From Eledone cirrhosa (lineage: Eukaryota): a stretch of DNA of 64,000 nucleotides. Within the stretch, counting starts at the first letter, position 1. Every line of letters starts with the position of its first letter. The notes beneath the pieces were generated by a model, which searched no databases, had not been told where the DNA came from, and worked only from the letters and a program-made list of their open reading frames with translations. The DNA is taken from the NCBI GenBank assembly GCA_964016885.1, contig OZ024757.1, positions 4,278,001 to 4,342,000 on the forward strand, written 5' to 3'. Below, in pieces: positions 55,888 to 64,000 of this stretch. The position numbers and the translations under genes are program-made.

Positions 55888-57809
55888 ACCTAGGCTAAAT
55901 ATTGATGCAATTCAATTCAAGCACTCAACGTACTTTTTCCACATATCGAATAAGGAAAAGCGAAGTAGTTTCAAATGTTCAAGTCCTTTAATAATAATAT
56001 ATTTCAATGACGACACTGGCCAAACTGTTCTGTGTGCGAGTGTCGTGACATCATCAGACAGTTTGTTACATACTAAGGTTATGTTTCCGAGGCAATCCAA
56101 ATTGAATCGACATGGGAACGGACGAAGTGTGTGCTTGCTTTTGGGTTCTTCATCCGGCGCATGTCCGAAGGAAGTTGACCATTAGCTACCGCAGATTTCA
56201 ACGAAATTCGCTTAGTCAGTTCACCCTCTCAGCCAAACAATGACCCACTTAGGCCTGTACCATAGTTTACTGCTACCCGTCTTGTCTGTGGCAGTCAGCC
56301 GAAATCCTGAGGGGATGGGAGAGTGTTAGTTTTTTACAGGTCACAATACTACCACTCACCAAGCGTGGACAGTACGACTGACCATCAACTCCTAAGAGAA
56401 AATATACTTAATTCTAGGTATCATGGTTTTACATTGGAAGTTATGAGTGAGAGTTGGAAATAAAAATTAAAATCCTAAATCAAATATCAGAAATTATAAA
56501 TTAAACAATTAAAAAATTAACAATTAGAAATTAAAAAAATTTTCAAGTCAGGATCCGGATTGAGGTGAGTAAAAAAATATAGATTGAAGTGAGTAAATAA
56601 TATGGAGAGAGATGTTTAAGTAAGAAGTTCTGAGAGGAGTTCCAATGTCACAGTTACATTATCCACATATTGAACGATAGTGCCGTACATTAGAACGGAG
56701 TGTAAACTACAGTATTCAAGGCAGTAGTCAATCTGGTACACAGTCATAATTTCCATCACATGGAACAAAACCAAAGAAAAACAGACATAAAGTACACAAA
56801 AGAAAAGAACCAATAATGAATGTACGGCCCTATCGTTCAATGTGTGGATACTGTAACTGTGACATTAGAACCCCTCTCAGAACTTCTTACTTAAACATCT
56901 CTCTCCATATTATTTACTCACTTCAATCTATATTTTTTTACTCACCTCAATCCGGTTTCTCACTTGAAAAAGTTTTTTAATTTCTAATTGTTAATTTTTT
57001 AATTGTTTAATTTATAATTTATAATATTTAATTTAGGATTTTAATTTTTATTTCCAACTCTCACTCATAACTTCCAATGTAAAACCATGATACCTAGAAT
57101 TAAGTTTATTTTCTCTTAGGAGTTGATGGTCAGTCGTACTGTCCACGCTTGGTGAGAGGTAGTATTGTGACCTGTAAAAACTAACACTCTCCAATCCCCT
57201 CTGGATTTCGGCTGACTGCCACAGACGAGACGGGTAGCAGTAAACTATGGTACAGGCCTAAGTGGGTCATTGTTTGGCTGAGAGGGTGAACTGACTAAGC
57301 GAATTTCGTTGAAATCTGCGGTAGCTAATGGTCAACTTCCTTCGGACATGCGCCTGCGCAGACCGGTGGGGGTGAATTGGTACTCACAGGGGAACGGATG
57401 AAGAACCCAAAAGCAAGCACACACTTCGTCCCTTCTAATGTCGATTCAATTTGGATTGCCTCGGAAACATAACCTTATTATGTAACAAGCTATCTGATGA
57501 TGTCACGACACTCGCATACAGAACAGTGTGGCCAGTGTCGTCATTGAAATATATATCACAGCATTATTATTAAAGGACTTGGATTGGCAGTATCGGTAGA
57601 GGGTCTGACGCCATGCTTTGCAGCAAAGAGTTACGCCCCTTTATGGTTTGAGTTCAAATCCCGCCGAGGTTAACTTTGCCTTTCATCCTTACGGGGTCGA
57701 TAAAATAAAGTACCAGTAATGCACTGGATAATTGCTGGCCTTGTGCCAAAAGTAGAAACAATTATTATTAAAGGACTTAAACATCTGAAACTACTTCGCT
57801 TTTCCTTAT

Positions 57810-57811
<2 letters not shown>
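55888..57811. mobile_element. Large fold-back element with outward HHRs and tail, interrupted by a SINE
   Basis: Arms 55948-56691 and 56819-57811; HHR at 57489-57562 (+); the left-arm HHR has lost its cleavage site. Confidence 0.85.
57581..57762 (+). mobile_element. tRNA-derived SINE
   Basis: Same family as 15647; target site duplication attattattaaaggactt. Confidence 0.9.
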
Positions 57812-57841
<30 letters not shown>

Positions 57842-57844
<3 letters not shown>

Positions 57845-60800
57845 TGTTATAATTGGGGAGGGTCATATTTGTGTAATATTGCCAGAATTAATAACAGAAC
57901 ACACTCACTGTTTGGTTGGTTTTCGCTTCTCGCTGTCTTTTATATCTGCAATCTAACTTACTCGGTCCTCAATGTTGCCATTGACTGACCGACGGTCAAA
58001 AATAATTCAGATACAATAAAGACACAAACACATATATATAGTTTACATAATTTATATAAATCTTTCGTTGCACATCTGCAACATCGTCAGTGGTGTTATA
58101 TTTTTTCCTCTTGTTGTGTTGTATGTCTACGCCATTTTTTTATTCAGTCTGTCTATATATTTCTTTATTTATTTGCTTGTTTGTTTATTTTATTTTGTCG
58201 TCTTTGCGCATGCGTTTGCGTGTGTGTATAGTGTTATGTTTGCTGTGTGACTAGTGTGTATAGTGTTATGCTTGCTGGGTGACTAGTGTGTGTTTATGTG
58301 CTTGTTTTACTTATTTATACTTCTCTTAGGTCAGTGTTGTTTGTTTGGGTGTTGTTGTTGTTCCACTCATTCTTTCTGTTTAGCTTTGGTCTTCTAATTT
58401 CTATTTCACTGGCCTCTCTGATTTGCCTATCTGCTGGGTCATTTCTATGTTTAGATATTATTCTAATTTCTATGTTGTCTATGTTACCGTCATGTTGTTG
58501 TCTAGCATGTTCGTATAGTACTGACCCGTTTTTTCGTCCTTTTAGTTCCCCCCAGTGTTGGTCTATCCTTTCACCTATGATACGAGCTGTCTCACCTATG
58601 TATGTTGTTGTCATGTTTCTTCAAGTACCCTCTGTACATCTTATGCTATAGACTACGTTTATAGTTTACAGTTTATCCGGGGGTTCACCTTACATATGAT
58701 ACATTTTCTATTGGTACAGTGGGTTTTCTTAAAAGGGTAGGTTTTGCTGATCAGGGATTTTATGGTGGTTCCTGGCTTTTCTACCACCTTTATTTTTAAG
58801 TGGGTCTTTCTCAGGGCCTTTCTACACTGGTTAGCTAATTTCCCTCCAGGGGTGGCGTCCACAAACATGACACTCTGGTATCTCTGGTTGTCGTACCATG
58901 ATGTGGCTTTCCCTATCTTATGTCTAGCCCTATCTAAGCTATTCCATGATTTGCTCCTGTATAATGGGCAAATTCCTTTCATGTCCAGTTCTATGAGGGT
59001 CTTATACTTTTCCATGGCTCCTTCGTATATTCTGACTCTGTCTCTTTGGTTGTAGCCAGAGAACTGCATGCGGTTGATGAAGTGTTGGATGTGTCTTTCC
59101 ATTTCTGTTGGGTCGCACATGCTGGACACATTCTTCATCACTCGTACCAAATCTGCGATCAGAATATTAAACTTAGCACTACTGGACATTGCTGAGTTTT
59201 TGAGTATCAGGTATTTGGAGGCCATGGGTTTAGCATAGTGTGAGTGGAGAATTTGGGCTCTCTCGTCTATAGTGTTAATCCAGAGTTCTGTGTCTAATAC
59301 AGGTAGTCTATTGTTAGGGTGTTTGGAAGGGAAGTCGATAGTTACAGTTATACTCTGGTGTATGGAATTAGCTATCTGCTGGATTCTTTCCATCGTGCTA
59401 CATTCTAAATCAAACTTGTTAGTGCTCTCTAGTGGGGGTGTTCTTATAACTATATTGATATCGTCTACATAACGAGAGTACATGATGAGGTCTATGGAGC
59501 TTTCATTAAGGAGATCTTTAAGTCTCCTTTCCCACCATACCATGAAAAGGTTGGCAACATCACCAGCTATGCTGACGCCGATGGCTGCTCCCTCATTTTG
59601 GGTGTAGATTTTCTCATTGAACTTAAATATGTGGCCCTTTAGGGTAGTTTTGATACAAGCCCCTATTGCATGTGCGACCATTTTTCTTACCTGATCATTG
59701 TTTTGGGGGGTCCGTATAGCTTTGGTCCACCCAATCCACCTTCCCATGGGAGTCTTTTTTGCCATTGAGGTTATGGTGGGGGGTCTACCTCTTATAGGTC
59801 TACTAGGGCAGAAACATCTAAGGTCATGGCTGTCTAGGTAGTCAGTGTCGTAGGTAAGTCTAAGTAGGAGGCCCAGTTCGTCTGTGTCGACGTCGCAGAA
59901 CTCCACCTCGCTCTCAATGATCATCTCCACACATCCTTTCACAGCAAAATCAATGTTAATGGATGGGTACAGTGACACCACATCCATGCTGCCTATTATG
60001 CAGTTGGATAGGCTCCTGTTTTTGTTGCACTCACTGATTCTGCTGAGGAGGTCCTCTGTACTGTCACATACATCTGGTGACATCTTGATTATGGGGCGTA
60101 TAACCATTGAGACGAAGTAGGAGATCCTGTAGTTGCTAGCTATATTAGCTCCGCATACGGGTCTTGTTGGTGGTCCTGTTGTCGGGTCATCGACTGTCTT
60201 GTGGTCTTTGCGGATCCCATACAAGGGTGGTATGCCATTGTTAGACGCCTGGAAGTTGTTGGCAGTGCGTCTGCTTGGCTTTAGGATGTCAGTCCACATC
60301 ATCATGTGATCGCATCATCATATTCTGATCGCAGATTTGGTACGAGTGATGAAGAATGTGTCCCGCATGTGCGACCCAACAGAAATGGAAGGACACATCC
60401 AACACTTCATCAACCGCATGCAGTTCTCTGGCTACAACCAAAGAGACGGAGTCAGAGTATACGAAGGAGCCATGGAAAAGTATAAGACCCTCATAGAACT
60501 GGACATGAAAGGAATTTGCCCATTATACAGGAGCAAATCATGGAATAGCTTAGATAGGGCTAGACATAAGATAGGGAAAGCCACATCATGGTACGACAAC
60601 CAGAGATACCAGAGTGTCATGTTTGTGGACGCCACCCCTGGAGGGAAATTAGCTAACCAGTGTAGAAAGGCCCTGAGAAAGACCCACTTAAAAATAAAGG
60701 TGGTAGAAAAGCCAGGAACCACCATAAAATCCCTGATCAGCAAAACCTACCCTTTTAAGAAAACCCACTGTGTCAATAGGAAATGTATCATATGTAAGGT

Positions 60801-61742
60801 GAACCCCCGGATAAACTGTAAAACTAGAAACGTAGTCTATAGCATAAGATGTACAGAGGGTACTTGCAGAAACATGACAACAACATACATAGGTGAGACA
60901 GCTCGTAGCATAGGTGAAAGGATAGACCAACACTGGGGGGAACTAAAAGGACGAAAAAACGGGTCAGTACTATACGAACATGCTAGACAACAACATGACG
61001 GTAACATAGACAACATAGAAATTAGAATAATATCTAAACATAGAAATGACCCAGCAGATAGGCAAATCAGAGAGGCCAGTGAAATAGAAATTAGAAGACC
61101 AAAGCTAAACAGAAAGAATGAGTGGAACAACAACAACACCCAAACAAACAACACTGACCTAAGAGAAGTATAAATAAGTAAATAAAATAAGATAAATAAA
61201 TACATACACAAGCACAATAACAACAAGCACATAAACACACACTAGTCACCCAGCAAGCATAACACTATACACACTAGTCACACAGCAAACATAACACTAT
61301 ACACACACGGAAGCGCATGCGCAAAGACGACAAAATAAAATAAACAAACAAGCAAATAAATAAATAAATATATAGACAGACTGAATAAAAAATGGCGTAG
61401 ACATACAACACAACAGGAGGAAAAAATATAACACCACTGACGATGTTGCAGATGTGCAACGAAATATTTATGTAAATTATGTAAACTATATATATGTGTT
61501 TGTGTCTTTATTGTATCTGAATTATTTTTGACCATCGGTCAGTCAATGGCAACATTGAGGACCGAGTAAGTTAGATTGTAGATATAAAAGACAGCGAGAA
61601 GCGAAAACCAACCAAACAGTGAGTGTGTTCTGTTATTAATTCTGGCAATATTACACAAATATGACCCTCCCCAAGTATAACAATATTTGTTTCGACACAC
61701 GATTTCATATAAAAAACCTCGCTAAACTAATTCATCGCCGCT
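57842..61742. mobile_element. Head-to-head PLE pair: minus copy (60308 to 57842) and plus copy (60323-61742)
   Basis: ORFs 58659..60305 (-, RT; frameshift into 58315..58614) and 60337..61173 (+, GIY-YIG); CTGACGA..GAAA HHR cores with weak stem I; tail only on the right end. Confidence 0.92.
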
Positions 61743-61751
61743 ATATATATA

Positions 61752-62360
61752 TATATATGTGAAAAAATGGGGAGAAGAATACTGCAGGTTGCACATTGAT
61801 AACATGTTATAAAATGAGTCCCTCATCAGTGATTTGCCAACGATCATAGATATTTCATTGCATTAAAAATCATATACCTCACGTTGGTGCAATAATAACT
61901 AAATTAAGTTATTAGGACAATTAAAACGCGTAAAGCGAGTGAGACAAGTAAACAACAAAGAGAAAAGCTAACCGTAGATAGGAAGACGCACAAGGTACAG
62001 AGTTATTCTGTCAGCATAAGCTGGGTGAATATATGAGCGCGTAGAAAATAGACCTTTCAAGATGAATTCAATGTAAGAAAGAAGGAAATTGTTTTCGTCG
62101 CGAACGGGGTGAAGTGAGAAGGGGAGAAACAGTGAGTGAGTGAGTGGAAGTGTGAGGAAGAGGTCAGTAGAGAGAAAGTGTTAACTGACATGACAGAGGG
62201 GGCGAAAGAAAGTAAGAGAAACAGAAAGAACGAGGGAGCAGTCAGAGAGAGAAAGAGAAAACAGAATCGCAGTTTAGGTAAATATATGTGAAAAAATGGG
62301 GAGAAGAATACTGTAGGTTGCACATGGATAACATGTTATAAAATGACTCCCTCATCAGAT
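61752..62360. repeat. Element with ~75-bp direct terminal repeats (period about 530 bp)
   Basis: 61752-61829 matches 62282-62358. Confidence 0.7.
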
Positions 62361-64000
62361 ATATAAATAAGATGCCGAGGTTCCCCATGCAATCGAGATG
62401 TCCTTCGTGCATTTGTTGTTGATTATGAGAACGGATTCCTCAGATGAAGATCGATGTATTTGATATGCCGCTGGCAGGAAAACACACGTCCTAATGCCTG
62501 TGCCCCCAGCATAAATATGAGTTCCTTGAAGGGTTTGCCAGCCGTCGCGTTTGTTAGAAATAACTATCACCGAAAAAAGACGAAAAGAACGAAGAACTGA
62601 GTGCAACCAAAACCCAGTAGACAGTTGAAGGAACACAAAGAGCTCTGAGGAGGGTATACATTTAGTTGACGCCCATCTATAGACAACAACAACAACAACG
62701 ACGACAACTACAACAACAACAATGAAAATAACATCAAACCGCCGACCAAAGTTGTCCACAGTGGTCGCAATAGTCGTGCTGATACCATCACCCTATTGAC
62801 AACAACAACTAAAACAACAGCTACAGTAAAAGCACTTACAACGACAACAGCAACAAACGACAACAACAACAAAAACACAGACCAGCGTCGTGTATTCAGC
62901 TCGTAGTCATCGCAGTGACGGTTCCACCCTGTTGACCGTAAGAGCGATAACGCCAAAGCAATAAAAAGGAGTTTAGAGGTAGGTGGGTACCAAGAGTTGG
63001 TGATATCAATCATCATGACCATAAACAGTAACAACAATAATGACAACGACAACAAACACCAACACCGCCCTTCACCCATCCCGTTCGTCGCAGTAGTAGT
63101 GGTATCAACTATGTTAGTATTAAGCCATTAGTAACACCAATACCAACAACAAGACCAGCGATGATCCCACCACGGCGACGGCGGCAACAGGAAAAAAGCC
63201 ACGCTTCCATGAAAATTAAACTAACTTTTGTTGAAACAAGGAGGTGAAAATGGGATAGAAAACATAGATGGGTATTTATATATATAAAAAAAACATTCCT
63301 AGTTAATACAATCCTCTCTATCACTGGAAGGCACAAGGCCAGCAATGATCAAAGCATTCAGTCCAAACCACAGTGGCAACAATACTATCAAAGGGGCTGT
63401 TAGGCCATGGAAGAGAGTTACGGGAAGCGAAAGTAGGAACAGGAACAAATAGAAGAAACGAGAACACATAGAGAACATAAACAGAGGAAAAGGGAACAAA
63501 GGACAAGAAACAAGCACACATAGAGACTCCAGGTGTGCAAACAAGATAACCAAGGCTCGCCTGACGCTGGGGTTGCCGCGAGGCTATGCCTGGCTTCCAC
63601 GAACAAGATTGTAAAAGTGTTCAACTAGCACCACTACGTTGCTAGTCCGTACAGTTTGAGGAAGGTTCCAGAAGATCTGTGGAGGCAGGTGCTTACCCCT
63701 TTTATTGATAACTCAAGCTCCCCTCTTTAAAGAACAACATCATTCCAACCACCATCAGGAATATACATCTACCCGAATGTTTACGATCACCATCCTTCGA
63801 AAACACCATCCGCCACATTCAACGCACGTTTATCAAGAAAATACTACGACACAACCACCACCAACTGCGACTCCATATACAAACGCTTTCCGAGCACATA
63901 GATCGTATAGCTCCAACCCTCACCCCTGACCACCAGGTCCAGGAAATACGCAAAGCTATAGATCAGTGTTACCACACCAGAGTCAAATATGATAAACAGC
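62361..64000 (+). pseudogene. Probable heavily decayed LINE ORF1, similar to the one at 1-1990
   Basis: Fragments AEVPHAIEMSFV, GRKTH and CPQHK echo KNIPPSINIWWI, GRKFH and CPQTH, followed by an (ACA)n-rich tract. Confidence 0.35.

Overview
AT-rich eukaryotic, gene-free window that is almost entirely transposon and microsatellite DNA. The tRNA-derived SINE family and (TA)n/(TACA)n load suggest an octopod cephalopod; this is an inference. It holds a decayed LINE ORF1 with a CCHC knuckle at the left end and probably another at the right end. Three R4/Dong-type RLE retrotransposons sit in (TACA)n arrays. There are also RTE fragments, non-autonomous Helitron-like elements, three tRNA-SINEs, and at least seven Penelope-like element (PLE) copies of two clades (Naiad-type, and a Neptune/Nematis-type). 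The main hidden signal is about 25 minimal type I hammerhead ribozymes (HHRs) from more than 10 sequence families, which I folded by eye. Most lie in non-coding fold-back elements inserted in (TA)n, with outward-facing HHRs and a one-sided tail carrying a shared GAGTRCT motif. A tandem ~470-bp HHR repeat (retrozyme-like) and a recent 2.3-kb inverted duplication around a Naiad element are also present. Most short ORFs in the track are microsatellite or antisense noise. Coordinates were read by hand and may be off by a few bases.
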